64,000 nt of DNA. It comes from Eledone cirrhosa (taxonomy: Eukaryota). The stretch spans positions 25,730,001-25,794,000 of the forward strand of contig OZ024753.1 in the NCBI GenBank assembly GCA_964016885.1, read 5' to 3'. Numbering within the stretch: the first letter of the stretch is position 1; each line of letters starts with the position of its first letter. Below are positions 19,136-35,100 of the stretch, piece after piece. The translations under genes and the position numbers were made by a program. Below the pieces are notes generated by a model. It was not told the origin of the DNA. It ran no database searches and was given only the letters and a program-made list of their open reading frames with translations.

Positions 19136-19652
19136 TGTCTTAATAGGCAATTGAACTGTCAACAGGCTGCGGTTCGCACACCCATCCCTGCTGACCATTA
19201 TCACAACAACGAACCTCTTTACTACTACTACTACACACACACACATATTTGTTGTGAAAGACTTATCTCTCAGTCAGTCGACACAAACCTACATTTGGCG
19301 CAAAATCAATTTTTTACATTCACATGACCTCTATCAACCAATCAAAATTGTTTTGACCACAAGAATTTTTGCAACATGAATTGGCGCAAAACTTATTTTA
19401 ATACCGCTGGAGCCACTTTTTTAACATAAAAACAGGTAGAATTCCCAAAACTAATCAGCTCAGAGCCAAACATCACGGACGCTCTATCTCAAAATTATTT
19501 TTGAAAAGCATTAGAAATGCGCAACCGGTAAAACTTAAAACCAAAACTTAATACTAACCAATACTATTACTAATTATCACTTATTCCTAATTAAACTATT
19601 TTTCACTGCTGTGAACAATTTGTCAGCATTTTCTATTCCGTTTACCAACATA
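18176..19652. mobile_element. Non-autonomous TIR element (MITE-like, ~90-bp TIRs)
   Basis: 18176-18263 is the reverse complement of ~19563-19652. The interior has direct duplications and (CA)n but no transposase. Confidence 0.75.
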
Positions 19653-19759
19653 TATATATATATACATATATACGTAGGTCCCGGGTTGAGTCGGGGATAA
19701 CCACAGTAAGTAAGGTACTCAATACATGGCAGAGTAAAATTTTTTTATTTTATAGAAGG

Positions 19760-19810
19760 AGCATCTACAGGACTAGTACTGTTTCATTCATATGAAATCT
19801 TCAGGAAGCT
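19760..19810 (-). ncRNA. Type I hammerhead ribozyme
   Basis: AGCTTC-CTGAAGA-TTTC atat GAAT-GAAA-CAG tactagtc CTG-TA-GATGCT (one stem I mismatch). Confidence 0.75.
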
Positions 19811-20289
19811 GGGTGTCATATTAAGTTCTGGTATTTATACATTTAGGTAGTGGTAAGGGAGGGGTGGTGGATTGGGGGGGGGGGGGGGTACAAAAGCAGT
19901 CTGGCCACTTGTGGCTTGTATGTTAACTTGACCACTCACCCCAGTCTGTGCCATGATTCGGTCTTGTTAAATGTTTAATTTCTATTACCAACCCACCTAA
20001 AAAATTTCCCTACTATATATCTGTTGAATTACTTTTTTTTATTTATTTATTTTTTGTTTATTTTATTTATTTATTCATTTATCTATTTATTTATTCATTT
20101 ATTTATTTATTTACTTATTTATTTATTTCAAAAAGCACTCTGGCTAATTGACCACTCCCCAAAGAAAAAACGGCCTGTGCCATGAAGTGGTCCTATGTAT
20201 CTAAATACTATACCCCCCACCCCCCCAATCCACCACCCCTCCCTTACCACTACCTAAATGTATAAATACCAGAACTTAGTATGACACCC

Positions 20290-20340
20290 AGCTTCCTGAA
20301 GATTTCATATGAATGAGACAGTACTAGTCCTGTAGAAGCT
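20290..20340 (+). ncRNA. Type I hammerhead (GAAA mutated to GAGA)
   Basis: AGCTTC-CTGAAGA-TTTC atat GAAT-GAGA-CAG...CTG-TA-GAAGCT. Confidence 0.65.
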
Positions 20341-20342
20341 CC

Positions 20343-20402
<60 letters not shown>

Positions 20403-20586
20403 TGGCACTTACTTAAATGTAAGTATGCATGTATACGTACATACATATATGTATACAGACGTACAGTAGCATGCACATATATATATATATATACATACAT
20501 ATGCATACAGGTACACGTGCATATATGTATGTGTACCTGTATGCATATGTATGTATATATATATATATATGTGCATGCTACTGTAC

Positions 20587-20687
<101 letters not shown>

Positions 20688-20766
20688 TATATACATATAT
20701 ATATACATGTATATATACACACATATATATATATATATATACATATATACATATATATATATATAC

Positions 20767-21515
20767 ATATCACGATAAATTAAAGGAGGCATAGGCCCTC
20801 GCTATTCCCTGTAAATAATGTGCTCAAAGGAGAAGAAATCCTGAGCTCTTTAAAATACAATATGTTGAAAAGGTAACACACCAGAGAGAGATATACAGTG
20901 CGTTATCAATAAAACAGAGAAAAAACCACCAGTGTATGGAATCTATAACCTATGAAAGGCAGACTATAGACACGATAATTTAAAATATAAATTAAACCGT
21001 AAATAAATACCTCTATAACTATATAACACACGTACAAATCCAAAGACACTAATCCAAAGATATGTTTCACCAATAATTTGTTGAAAGAAATGGGTTAGCC
21101 TCGGTTCATCAGCGTGTGTAAGGCTATACATTTCAGACAACACTAAGAGAATTTTAAAATTGACTGTCCAGCTACACGTGGGAGAGAGAAGTCACAGCGT
21201 GTTTAAGGGCAGTGAACCAGTGGCCTCTGACGGACGAACTGCTAGAAAAAGCAGCCCAAAGCCACTCAGAGAAGTGTGCTCAACCAAACAGAGAAGGAAT
21301 GACTGTTATTAGGAGCGAAATATCACGATAAATTAACGGAGGCATAGGCCCTGGTTATTCCCTGTAAATAATGTGCTCAAAGGAGAAAAAATCCTGAGCT
21401 CTTTAAAATACAATATGTTGAAAAGGTAACATACCAGAGAGAGATATACAGTGCGTTATCAATAAAACAGGGAAAAAAACTACCAGTGTATAGAATCTAT
21501 AAACTATGAAAGGCA
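20767..21515 (-). mobile_element. Non-coding HHR element D (~553-bp monomer, ~195-bp terminal direct repeats)
   Basis: 20767-20961 is repeated at 21320-21515. One internal HHR on the minus strand, (TA)n flanks. Confidence 0.85.
21026..21119 (-). ncRNA. Canonical type I hammerhead ribozyme
   Basis: Minus strand reads ACACACG-CTGATGA-ACCGA...TTGGT-GAAA-CA...TG-TA-CGTGTGT: 7-bp stem I, GUA triplet. Confidence 0.88.
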
Positions 21516-21656
21516 TAAGTATATATATATATGCATATGTATATATATATGTATATATATAAATATATGTATATATATATATATGTATATATATATATAA
21601 TATGTATATATAAATATATATATATATGTATATATAAATATATGTATATATATATA

Positions 21657-24600
21657 GTTTTGCGAGGTTTTTGATATGAAAACGTGTGTCGAAACAAATA
21701 TTGTTATACTTGGGGAGGGTCATATTTGTGTAATATTGCCAGAATTAATAACAGAACACACTCACTGTTTGGTTGGTTTTCGCTTTTCGCTTCTGTGTCT
21801 TTTATATCGGTAATCTAATTTATTCGGTCCTCAATGTTGCCATTGACTGACAAACGGTCAAAAATAATATAGATACTATATAGACACAAACACATATATA
21901 TAGTTTATCAAAGTTCTTTCGTTGCATATCTGCAACATCGTCAGTGGTGCTATTGTTTCCTCCCGTTACATTGTATTTTCTACGCCATCTTTATTTAGTC
22001 TGTTTATATATTTATTTATTTGTTTATTTTATTTTGTCTTCTTTGCGCATGCGTTTGCGTATGTGTATAGTGTTTTGTTTGATGTGTGTTCGTGATTGGG
22101 TGACTGTGTATTGGTTAATGTATTCTATCTTTACTAGTGTGTGTTTATATGTGTTTGTTGTTATTGTGCTTGTGTATGTATTTATTTATTTATTTATTTA
22201 TACTTCTCTTAGGTCAGTGTTGTTTGTTTGGATGTTGTTGTTATTCCATTCATTCTTTCTGTTTAGCCTTGGCCTTCTAAGTTCTATTTCACTGGCCTCT
22301 CTGATTTGCCTATCTGCTGGGTCATTTCTATGTTTAGATATTATTCTAATTTCTATGTTGTCTATGTTACTGTCGTGTTGTTGTCTGGCATGTTCGTATA
22401 GTACTGAACCATTTTTTCGTCCTTTTAGTTCCCCCCAGTGTTGGTCTATCCTTTCACCTATGCTACGAGCTGTCTCGCCTATGTATGTTGTTGTCATGTT
22501 TCTGCAAGTACCCTCTGTACATCTTATGCTATAGACTACGTTTCTAGATTTACAGTTTATCCGGGGGTTTACCTTACATATGATACATTTCCTATTAGTA
22601 CAGTGGGTTTTCTTAAAAGGGTAGGTTTTGCTGATCAGGGATTTTATGGTGGTTCCTGGCTTTTCTACCACATTGATCTTTAAGTGGGTCTTTCTCAGGG
22701 TCTTTCTACACTGGTTAGCTAATTTCCCTCCAGGGGTAGCGTCCACAAACATGACACTCTAGTATCTCTGGTTGTCGTACCATGAGGTGGCTTTCTCCAT
22801 GATTTGCTCCTGTACAATGGGCAAATTCCTTTCATGTCCAGTTCTATGAGGGTCTTATACTTCTCCATGGCTCCTTCGTATACTCTGACTCTGTCTCTTT
22901 GGTTGTAGCCAGAGAACTGCATGCGGTTGATGAACTGTTGGATGTGTCTTTCCATTTCTGTTGGGTCGCACATGCTGGACACATTCTTCATCACTCGTAC
23001 CAAATCTGCGATCAGAATATTAAACTTAGCACTACTGGACATTGCTGAGTTTTTGAGTATCAAGTATTTGGAGGCCATGGGTTTAGCATAGTGTGAGTGG
23101 AAAATTTGGGCTCTCTCGTCTATAGTGTTAATCCAGAGTTCTGTGTCTAATACAGGTAGTCTATTGTTAGGGTGTTTGGAAGGGAAGTCGATAGTTACAG
23201 TTATACTCTGGTGTATGGAATTAGCTATCTGCTGGATGCTTTCCATTGTGCTACGTTCTAAATCAAACTTGTTAGTGCTCTCTAGTGGGGATGTTCTTAT
23301 AACTATATTGATATCGTCTACGTAACGAGAGTACATGATGAGGTCTATGGAGCTCTCATTAAGGAGATATTTAAGTCTCCTTTCCCACCATACCATAAAA
23401 AGGTTGGCAACATCATCAGCTATGCTGACGCCAATGGCTGCTCCCTTATTTTGGGTGTAGATCTTCTCGTTGAACTTGAATATGTAGCCCTTTAGGGTAG
23501 TTTTGATACTAGCCCCTATTGCATGTGCGACCATTTTTCTTACCTGATCATCGTTTTGGGGGGGGGGGGTCCATATAGCTTTGGTCCACCCAATACACCT
23601 TCCCATGGAAGTCTTTTTAGCCATTGAGGTTATGGCGGGGCGTCTACCTCTTATGGGTCTACTGGGGCAGAAACCTCTAAGGTCATGGCTGTCTAGGTAG
23701 TCAGTGTCGTAGGTAAGTCTAAGTAGGAGGCCCAGTTCGTCTGTGTCGTCGTCGCAGAACTCCACCTCACTCTCAATGCTCATCTCCACACATTTTTCCA
23801 CAGCAAAATTAATGTTAATGGATGGGTACAGTGATACCACATCCATGCTGCCTATTATGCAGTTGGATAGGTTCCTGTTTTTGTTGCACTCACTGATTCT
23901 GCTGAGGAGGTCCTCTGTACTGTCACATACATCTGGGGACATCTTGATTATGGGGCGTATAACCATTGAGAGGAAGTAGGAGATCCTGTCGTTGCTAGCT
24001 ATATTAGCTCCGCCTACGGGTCTTGTTGGTGGTCCTGTTGTCGGGTCGTCGACTGTCTTGTGGTCTTTGCGGAGCCCATACAAGGGTGGTATGCCATTGT
24101 TAGACGCCTGGAAGTTGTTGGCAGTGCGTCTGCTTGGCTTTAGGATGTCGGTCCACATCATCATGTGAGCGTTGAGGATTTTCTCTCTCCCATCATGTAT
24201 TTGCTGTGCAATTTCACTCGTGTTGGTGATGTGGAGTTGCATAGCCTTGATGTAGTTCGGCATGCTATCTATTGACATTCTACCAGACTTATCCGTGGGT
24301 AGACATACTACCTCACCATCCCTTGTGCGCTGCTTGAGGCTAACCAAGCCTTCTACAGGTTTCCTCCCAAGTTGTTGGGCCTCTGGTCTGCTCTGTCTCT
24401 TAGTATACTGGTCTACTATTTGTCTAATCTTATTTCTAGCTATGGTGAACTGTGCCTCTGTCTCGTCATCTATTTGTTGTGGTATGCAAACTCTTTTATT
24501 AAAGGGTAACCTCGTAGGATAGATATTACCCATCTTATATGTTTTGTCAGCTGGGTTGAAGAATAGTTTCTCTAAGGGGTTGTCATTATATCTATCGTCA

Positions 24601-25068
24601 TAGTTGTGTGTGTTGCTATTATTGTTATTATGGTTGTTGTTGTTGTTGTTCCTATCATTAGCATTATTATTATTGTTATGATTGCTAGATGTATTGTTGC
24701 TGTGATTGTTAGATGTATTGTTGTTATGATTTCTAGGTGTATTGTTGCTGTGATTGTTAGATGTATTGTTGTTATGATTGCTAGATGTATTGTTGCTGTG
24801 ATTGTTGTTTACTTCACCGTTATTGTTGTTGTTACTGTTATTTCTACCATTGTGGTTGTTACTTTTATTATGTTTCTTGTTTTTGTTGTGTCTATCATTA
24901 ATGTTGCTACATGTATTATTTCCATCAATTTCATTGAAGACCGAATAAATTAGATTACCGATATAAAAGACACAGAAGCGAAAAGCGAAAACCAACCAAA
25001 CAGTGAGTGTGTTCTGTTATTAATTCTGGCAATATTACACAAATATGACCCTCCCCAAGTATAACAAT
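21657..25068 (-). mobile_element. Penelope-like element with inverted terminal pLTR
   Basis: RT ORF 22719-24995 (PTDKSG, GSMDVVSLYPSI, GAAIG, RYVDD, LPVLD), frameshifted into GIY-YIG ORF 22198-22752 (VVYSIRC, YIGETARS). ~21698-21837 is inverted at ~24932-25068. Confidence 0.9.
22198..24930 (-). pseudogene. PLE reverse transcriptase + GIY-YIG endonuclease, 5'-truncated and frameshifted
   Basis: RT and GIY-YIG motifs lie in two overlapping frames. The annotated N-terminus is read-through from the inverted pLTR. Confidence 0.85.
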
Positions 25069-25384
25069 ATATATATATAAATGTATGTATATATAAATAT
25101 ATGTATATGTATATATATATATGTGTATATATATTATATATGTATATATATGTATATATATATGTGTATATATATTATATATGTATATATATATGTGTAT
25201 ATATATTATATATGTATATATATATGTATATATATATTATATATATTATATATGTATATATATATATGTATATATATATTATATATGTATATATATATAT
25301 GTATATATATATATGTATATATATATATGTATATATATATTATATATGTATATATATTATATATGTATATATATTATATATGTA

Positions 25385-26295
<911 letters not shown>

Positions 26296-27533
26296 ATGAC
26301 TGCTTGAAACTCCTTTAAGAAAAAAAATTTTCTTGATAAACTTACTGAAGGGTTTAAGAAAATCTTTTGAAAATTCCTTTGAAGGATATAGAAAAACTAT
26401 ATTTTTATATTTTTATGTTCTTATATTTTTTCAAAGTTTTTAAAATATATATATCCTAATGTTTATATATATGTGATAAACATATGGTTTTTTTTCTGTG
26501 TATGTGAGGAGTAACCTATGGTTTATGCTTTAAAAATATTCTTATGAAAAATTTGTGCTTTATGCTTTGAATATATTCTTATGAAAATTTTTTAAGTGTT
26601 ATAATTTTTAAATGTTATAACTTTATAGCAAGTAAATTTATAAATTTAAGACTTCGTATAAAATAACATAAGCTTCCTGTTCTAATTACATTCTTAAGAT
26701 AGGAAATTTAACCTTTTAACTTCTTAACTTTATAGCATTTAATGCTTAGAGTCATCTGAGTTATTAATAAATTATTTATAACTTCCTTTACGCTTTACTG
26801 TTGTTATAATAATGGTTATTCTTTTGTAAACTCTCGGAAATTTTTCCATAAATTTAGAATTATTTGGATATTTTAAATTTTTGACTTATAAATTTTTGAC
26901 TTACAAATTTTAATAATAATATATAATATATATTTTTAATAATATATAGTGTATATTTTTTAAATAATTTATAATCCTTAACATACACATTTAAACTAGT
27001 TATTAAATCATTAATTAAACCCTTAATCAAATTTATTAATTAAACCTTTAATCAAATTTTTTTCAACCTATCATTATAAACAGTATAATCAAAACATAAC
27101 GAATCCTGCTTTATTATCCCTTCACGCTATCCTCATTTCTTCGTTTCTTCTTCTTTCCTCTCACGTAAACATACTTACGTAATATCTGTCCTTTATAACT
27201 AATATTTTCTCTCACTTAAATATAATCACGCTATCCTCTCTCCACACTATTTCCACTGTCAAAAAATATATATATAATTTATTCCTTCTTTTTCTCTTTT
27301 TTTCTCTTTCTTTCTTTTTTTTCTCTCTCCCTCACAATATCACTTTCTTTCAACAGTTTAATTTAAATAAACCGTTATCTTTTAAACCTTTCGGACACTC
27401 ATTTGTATACTCAATCATAATTCTCTATAACCCTCAATAAATGAAATATCTCCACTATCCAGGAAGCTCCAACCGTTAAGGTTGTCTTTTTTCAGGGTAT
27501 GTCAATATTTATTTATAAAACTAATCTGTATTG

Positions 27534-27599
27534 TATTTTATCTGATGAAAGCGCACCATAATTTGCCTTGGTAGCCCTTGAAATATGTATAATAAAATA
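27534..27599 (+). ncRNA. Minimal type I hammerhead ribozyme
   Basis: TATTTTAT-CTGATGA-AAGcGC...GCcCTT-GAAA-TATGTAT-A-ATAAAATA, at the end of an AT-rich island (26300-27620). Confidence 0.75.
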
Positions 27600-27620
27600 A
27601 ATATGGTTTTATAAATATAG

Positions 27621-28273
27621 AATAACTTATTTTGGTTATTATTGCACCGACGTGAGGTATATGATTTTTAATGCAATGAAATATCGATGATCGTCGGCAA
27701 ATCACTGATGAGGGACTCATTTTATTACATGTTATCCATGTGCTACCTGCAGTATTTTTCTCTATATTTTATTACATATATTTACCACTGCGATTCTGTG
27801 TTTTTTTCTCTCTCTCTCTTACTGCTCCCCCAGTCTCTCTGTTTCTCCCCCTCTGTCATGTCAGTTAACTCTTCCTCACACTTTCACTCACTCACTGTTT
27901 CTCTTCTCTTCATTTCATCCTGTACACCACGAAGGCTATTTTTCTCTCTTCTCACATGGCCAGAGTTCGTGTCAGGTCTGTTTTCTAAAAGCGCTCATAT
28001 ATTCACCTAGCTTATGCTAAACAGAATAATTTTGAAGCTTGTTTCTTTCCCCTACGGTTAGCTATACTCTGTGTTGTTCTCCTGTCTCACTCGCTGTACG
28101 CGTTTCAATTGTCCTAATAACTTATTTTGGTTATTATTGCACCGACGTGAGGTATATGATTTTTAATGCAATGAAATATCGATGATCGTCGGCAAATCAC
28201 TGATGAGGGACTCATTTTATTACATGTTATCCATGTGCTACCTGCAGTATTTTTCTCTATATTTTATTACATA
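27621..28273. repeat. Non-coding element with ~158-bp terminal direct repeats (495-bp period)
   Basis: 27621-27779 is essentially identical to 28116-28273 and ends in (TA)n. Confidence 0.8.
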
Positions 28274-28277
28274 TTAT

Positions 28278-29065
<788 letters not shown>

Positions 29066-29396
29066 TATACATATATATATATATACACATATATACACAT
29101 ATATATACATATATATACATATATATATACATATATATATATATGTATATACATATATATATGTATATACATATATATATACATATATATATGTATATAT
29201 ATATATACATATATTTATACATATATTTATACATATATTTATACATACATACATATATTTATACGAAGACCGAAGAGCTCGACACAGATATCTGAAATCG
29301 TTCGTCAGAATGAAATTTTATTTGAAGTGTCTATTTATTTGTAGTCTATATAGAGCACCCTCCTTTCCTTTACTTTTCCTACGGAAACACTTATAT

Positions 29397-29484
<88 letters not shown>

Positions 29485-29492
<8 letters not shown>

Positions 29493-29850
29493 TAAAATAA
29501 CAGATTAAAGTTTAAGCAAAAATCGCTGCTTTCACCCTTAACAACTTCAGAAGATCCCGTTAAGGGTGAAAGCAGCGATTGCTTGCTTAAACTTTAATCT
29601 GTTATTTTAATAAATATTTGCTCTACGCTTCTTATATATTCGATATATATTTATCCTTATCGAGTCCTCTTTGGATTTTAGTCTTCAAATTTATTATTAT
29701 TATTATTACAGCTGCATTTATCTTGCTTTATGTTCATACGAGTTATCACCAAGTCACAACCAGTGACCTCAAGAGACAACAAGGTCCGCCATGTTCAAGA
29801 AAGAACATACATACTCACACATGCATCTTTAGGTGTTTAGACTTGTGATG
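29485..29850 (+). mobile_element. pLTR-like fragment with inverted arm and variant HHR (CAGAAGA core, 29543-29593)
   Basis: 29485-29542 is mirrored at 29559-29617. Motif CAGAAGA-TCCC gttaa GGGT-GAAA-GCA...TGC-TT-AAACT. The same family occurs at 40901-41093. Confidence 0.6.
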
Positions 29851-29853
29851 TAC

Positions 29854-30970
29854 TTATATTGACAGAATCTTCCTTAGTATATGGGCAGTTCCCATTAGTA
29901 CTATCTTTTGTATTTCTCCTATACGCGGGTTTCCTGGGATTTGCGATAAGTAATCATTAGACCCCTTAGGTATCATTCCTAGAGCGCCTACAACCACTGG
30001 TATTGTTTTAGTTCTCAATTTCCATATTTTTCCAATTTCTTTCTCCAGGTCCTTATACTTGCTCAATTTTTCAAATGTTTTTATAAATACATTCTTGTCT
30101 ATTGGAACGGACATATTAATTAGCAGGCATACCCTCTTTTTAAAGTCCTTCAATATTATATCAGGTCTATTTGCATCTATTTTTCGGTCTGTTTGGATGC
30201 TAAAGTTCCACAAGATTGAGATGTGATCTTTTTCAAGTATGGGAGGTGGTTGATGCTCCCACAAATTCTTTTGATGGAGCAGGTCAAAATGCTTACACAT
30301 TATCCAATGTCTGTATTGTGCAGCTCTGTCATGCCTGTTTAGGTATTCGGTTGGAGCTATAGGACTGCACATTGAAATTATATGGTCAATGGTCTCTGGT
30401 TGTTTTTTACATACACAGCATAATGGGCTGCATCCATTTTTTATTATGTTGGCTTGGTAATTTTTTGTTGGCAGACATTGATCTTGCGCTGATATAATCA
30501 GTCCTTCAGTCTCCGATTTCAGTCCAGAGGATGCCAACCACTGATGGGTTAAAGTTTTGTCAACATCAGGATTGTTAGCTCGCTCTGGGTATTTTCCATA
30601 CAGAGACTTTTCTTGCCATTTCTTAGCCAGTTTCTGTAGCAGTTCTTTCTTTGCAGTTACTTTTACCTGCTTTGCTGTTTCTGTGTTTTCCATTTCAGCA
30701 GTAAATGGGACTTCTGAAATTTGTAGTCCATTACTGTATCTTTGTGCATCTTTTGTAATGGAATATGATCTTTTGATGCTTTCCTGCTTCAAAACGAGTT
30801 TGATCATCCAATCATGTGATTCCCTTAGATATGTAGATAACCCAATTGTTGCAGTTTTCAACGAAATGTCTAACTGGATTAACCCATGTCCTCCTTCTTT
30901 CCTAGGGAGATATATTCTATCTGTATCTGCCTTAGGGTGATGTATTCTGTGCATGGTTAAGAATTTTCGA
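29854..30970 (-). mobile_element. Dong/R4-clade RLE retrotransposon 3' fragment (second family)
   Basis: CCVCKKQPETIDHIISMC, RHD, NRPDI, KLSKYKDL. The 5' junction lies in a TAA-derived repeat. Confidence 0.88.
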
Positions 30971-31005
30971 ATTATTATTCGAATTATTATTCGAATTATT
31001 TTCGA

Positions 31006-31040
<35 letters not shown>

Positions 31041-31041
<1 letters not shown>

Positions 31042-31354
31042 TTGTTGAAAGATGGGTGAGAGAAGCAAGTATGGCCCGAATGAATGGGCCTTCTCTGAGT
31101 ATGTGTCTGTAAATTAAAGGTGGAAAACTGGGAGAGGGCACTTGCCCTGGTGGTCAGGGCCACTGTGGTCTTTTAATGGGCTTTCTCCACAAATGTCCCT
31201 TGGAAGTCTCCCCCCTATTGGGGAATTTTTCTTTGTTATTTTATTTCAACCTTTGTTTTTTTACACGCAGAAATGCCCATTTGTACCGTCCTGTATTGTC
31301 CTGTACTGTCCTTAATGTCTACTTTATGTGAACCCTTGTGGTTAATAAAGAAAA

Positions 31355-31356
<2 letters not shown>
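31041..31356 (+). mobile_element. Tx1/L1-like 3' end fragment
   Basis: Reads FVERWVREASMARMNGPSLSMCL*, homologous to the C-terminus of the 62542-63789 ORF (FYERWVKVARIARVNGPSIYISL*). AATAAA then (ATT)n follow. Confidence 0.85.
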
Positions 31357-31409
<53 letters not shown>

Positions 31410-31411
<2 letters not shown>

Positions 31412-31977
31412 TTGAGTCTCAGTCATTGATGTTAGTTAACTGGAAAGTTTGTTGAAATGAATATCAAGCCACTACCTGCAGCCTCAGATATTCAGGACGT
31501 ATCGGAGGGTTCTTGCTGTTCCCAGCAAGCATGCCTTTTGAAGCGTTCCAAAAAGTGTGAAGGGGCCAATTTTCTTTAACCATCCCTGGAAACTTTTTGA
31601 GATAGTCCTTAGTGCGCCTATGACAATCGGGATCACTTTGACTTCATGGCACTTCCAAATCCTTTTTACCTCCCACCTTAAGTCCTGGTATCAGTTAATT
31701 GTCTCCCTCTCCTTCTCTTGCACTCTCGTGTCGAATGGGCAGGCCACATCCACAATTAGGCACGATCTTTTTTCTTTGTCCACAACCACCAGGTCAGGTC
31801 TATTGTGTTCCAGTTTCTTGTCCGTCTGTATCCTAAAATCCCACAGCACCTTCACCTGATCGTTTTCTATCACCGACTCTGGCTTATGCTCATACCACTT
31901 CTCAGAATGTGGTAAATTGTTTATTTTGCATAGGTGCCAGTGGATCACCCTGCCCATCACATCATGTCTCCAGCCCT
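31410..31977 (-). mobile_element. Dong/R4 3' fragment
   Basis: Highly similar to the 3' end of the 32144-35536 element and bounded by (TTA)n. Confidence 0.92.
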
Positions 31978-31991
31978 TATTATTATTATTA

Positions 31992-32060
<69 letters not shown>

Positions 32061-32143
32061 GTTGTTATTCCTTGAATCTCAGTCATTGATGTTGGTTAAC
32101 TGGAAAGTCCGTTGGATTGAATATCAAGCCACTACCTGCAGCC

Positions 32144-35100
32144 TCAGATATTCAGGACGTATCGGAGGGTTCTTGCTGTTCCAAGCAAGCATGCCTTTTG
32201 AAGCGTTCCAAAAAGCGTGAAGGGGCCGATTTTCTTTAACCATCCCTGGAAACTTTTGGAGATAGTCCCCAGTGCGCCTATGACAATCGGGATCACTTTG
32301 ACTTCATGGCAGTTCCAAATCCTTTTCACCTCCCACTTTAGGTCCTGGTATCGGTTAATTTTCTCCCTCTCCTTCTCTTGCACTCTCGTGTCGAACGGGC
32401 AGGCCACATCCACAATCAGACACGATCTTTTTTCTTTGTCCACAACCACCAGGTCAGGTCTATTGTGTTCCAGTTTTTTGTCCGTCTGTATCCTAAAATC
32501 CCACAGCACCTTCACCTGATCGTTCTCCATCACCGCCTCTGGCCTATGCTCATACCATTTCTCAGAATGTGGTAAATTGTTTACTTTGCACAGGTGCCAG
32601 TGGATCACCCTGCCCATCACATCGTGTCTCCAGCCCTTGTAGTGGGTCTGGGCTAGGTGTTTACACTTGGACACAATGTGAGCCACAGTCTCCTCTCTCT
32701 CTCCACAGATCCTGCACAGTGGGCTAGCCTCCTCCTTGTAAATATGGTGCTTCAACCACTTCGTTTTGAGGGCCTGCTCCTGCGCAGCCATTAGCATTCC
32801 TTCTGTAGCCTTTTTGAGGTCTCCTCTTCTCAACCAGTTCCATGTCTGTGGATCTCTAAATTCAGTTTTCTCAAAGAAGGTACTATGAAGGGATTTTCCC
32901 TTAAGGCTGCTCTTCCTCCTTGATGTTATTTCCTCCTTGGACATCCCCTGGCCTACTGTCCCCTCCTTCAGTACAGTTCTGAGCATTGGCTCCTTACTAT
33001 AGGTCACGTATTTGTATAGGTTGTTTTTCTCCATCTGAACACAGTCCTCTATGCTGATAAGACCTCTTCCACCCCCAGATCTCCTTAGGTAGAGTCTATC
33101 GACATCACTCCTCTTGTGGAACATGTTGTAGATAGTCAATAGCTTCCTAGTCTTCCTATCCATTTCTTTTTGTTCAGCAACATTCCATCTCAGAATTCCC
33201 GCACTGTACCTAATAATAGACACAGCTCGGGAATTTACTGCGCTTATGGCATTTCTGCTGTTCAGATGTGACTTCAATACGCTCCTTACTCTCCGAATGT
33301 ATTCAGTTCTTAACAATTCCTTCATTTTTTTGTTCTTTATGCCATCAGCCTCCAGAACGCCCAAATACTTGTATCCTTCCTCAGAGTCAATTTCCTTTAT
33401 CATCTCACCTGTTAGTATCTGGATCCCGTTACTTCTGCTCAACCTACCCCTCCTCATCACAATGACTCCACATTTACCAATACCAAACTGCATACATATA
33501 TCACTGCTGAAAATACGGACAGTGTCAACAAGCACATCCAACTCCTTCTCACTTTTCCCGAAGAGCTTAAGATCGTCCATGAAGAGGAGGTGATTGATGG
33601 TAAGCTCTCCCCTTCCCAACTTGTATCCTGCTCTCACTTTTCGCAGCATAATGGTCAAGGGCATCAGGGCAAGGACAAACAACAGAGGGGACAGGCTATC
33701 TCCCTGGAAGATACCTCTCTTGATCTTCACGCTTCCCAAGGATACTCCAGTTGATGTCAACTCTGTCTCCCAGGACCCCATACTCCTGCCTAGCAACTGT
33801 CTGATGTTATCTGCCACCCTGAAGATCTCCAGGCTTTTGGTGATCCAAGAATGAGGCACCATGTCAAATGCCTTTCTGTAGTCTATCCATCCCATGGCAA
33901 GATCAGTGTGTCTCCTCCTGCAATTCCCCATTACCATCTTATCAATAAGTAACTGGTCCTTTGTACCACGTGACTTCTTTCGGCATCCTTTCTGTTCGTC
34001 CGGTAACAAGTTGTTTGTGTGGAGGTGATGGTAGATTTCCTCAGACACAATGCTCGTCAACAGTTTCCACATTACGGACAGACATGTGATAGGTCTATAG
34101 TTGGTAACATCATTACCCTTGATTCGGTCTTTCATTATCAGAACTGTGGTACCTTTTGTCAACCACTCTGGCACCTCACCCGACACCAAGCAGTCATTGA
34201 ACATGGCCGTCAGCTTCGGGTGGAGGGATGTTAAATGTTTAATCCAATACCCCTGCACGCCATCTGGGCCTGGTGATTTCCAGTTGGTTAGTTTTTTGGC
34301 CTGCCCCTTAAGAGTTTCAACTGTGATACTCAAATCAGTTTGTTGTTGTGCCTGCTCACCGATCTCCCTCTGTACTGTCTCAATCCACTCTGCCTGGACA
34401 TTATGTCTAACATCCTGCTCCCATATTCCTCTCCAGAATGTTTTAGTTTGCTCCGCCCCAGGGATCAAGTCGTTGCCTCTTTCTTTCCCCTCAAGCTGTC
34501 CAAACAGCATCTTCTGGTTGTTGTCGAACATGCGGTTCTGTTTATACTGACTGACTCTGTTCTCGTATCGCCTGATTTTTGCACTCTTTGCTACAATGCG
34601 TTGCTTCAGTTCCTCTATGGTAATATTTAGCTTTTTCCTCCTAGTTTTGTATTTTATTTCCAGTCTATTTTTAGTGCCTATGTTTTTTAGTGTCCCATTC
34701 AGTAGTGACTCAAGCTTTCCTATGTCATTTCTCATTTCCCCGATTTGCCCACTCAGTCGTTTCTTCCACCACGGCTCTGCTCTTTCTTGTCTGTTGTTTC
34801 CTCTCGCTTTTATACCAAGTAGTTTCCTCACCGTATTTGCTGTTGCTTTGAGGATATTGTTGCACTGGTGAAGGCTTCTCGCCTCAAGGTATGGGATGAC
34901 TTTGTTTACCTTAGCTGTTGTTTCTTTTAACTTTTTCCTGTCTACAAATCTTAGGTTCATAGGTCTCCCACTATCATTGTTCAATTCATCTACCACTAAA
35001 TTTAGGATGTCAACCGAATCTTGTCCTAGCCCGTCAGCATTCATCTCCTCAGTGGCCGTATCTCTGTTCCAGGTATTATTTATCTCAGTATTCAGATCAT

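Larger units (their letters stand above)
19676..20347. mobile_element. PLE pLTR pair in inverted orientation
   Basis: ~19750-19880 is mirrored at ~20220-20347 and each arm has an HHR. 19676-19740 matches the reverse complement of ~55865-55935. Confidence 0.75.

Noticed and set aside
26300-27530. Very AT-rich island as organellar insertion or gene
   Set aside because: No ORF or rRNA/tRNA motif was recognised; it is more likely a heavily decayed PLE tail because it ends in an HHR.
29262-29310. CCGAAGAG...GAAATCGTTCGTC motif
   Set aside because: Stems I and II do not pair.
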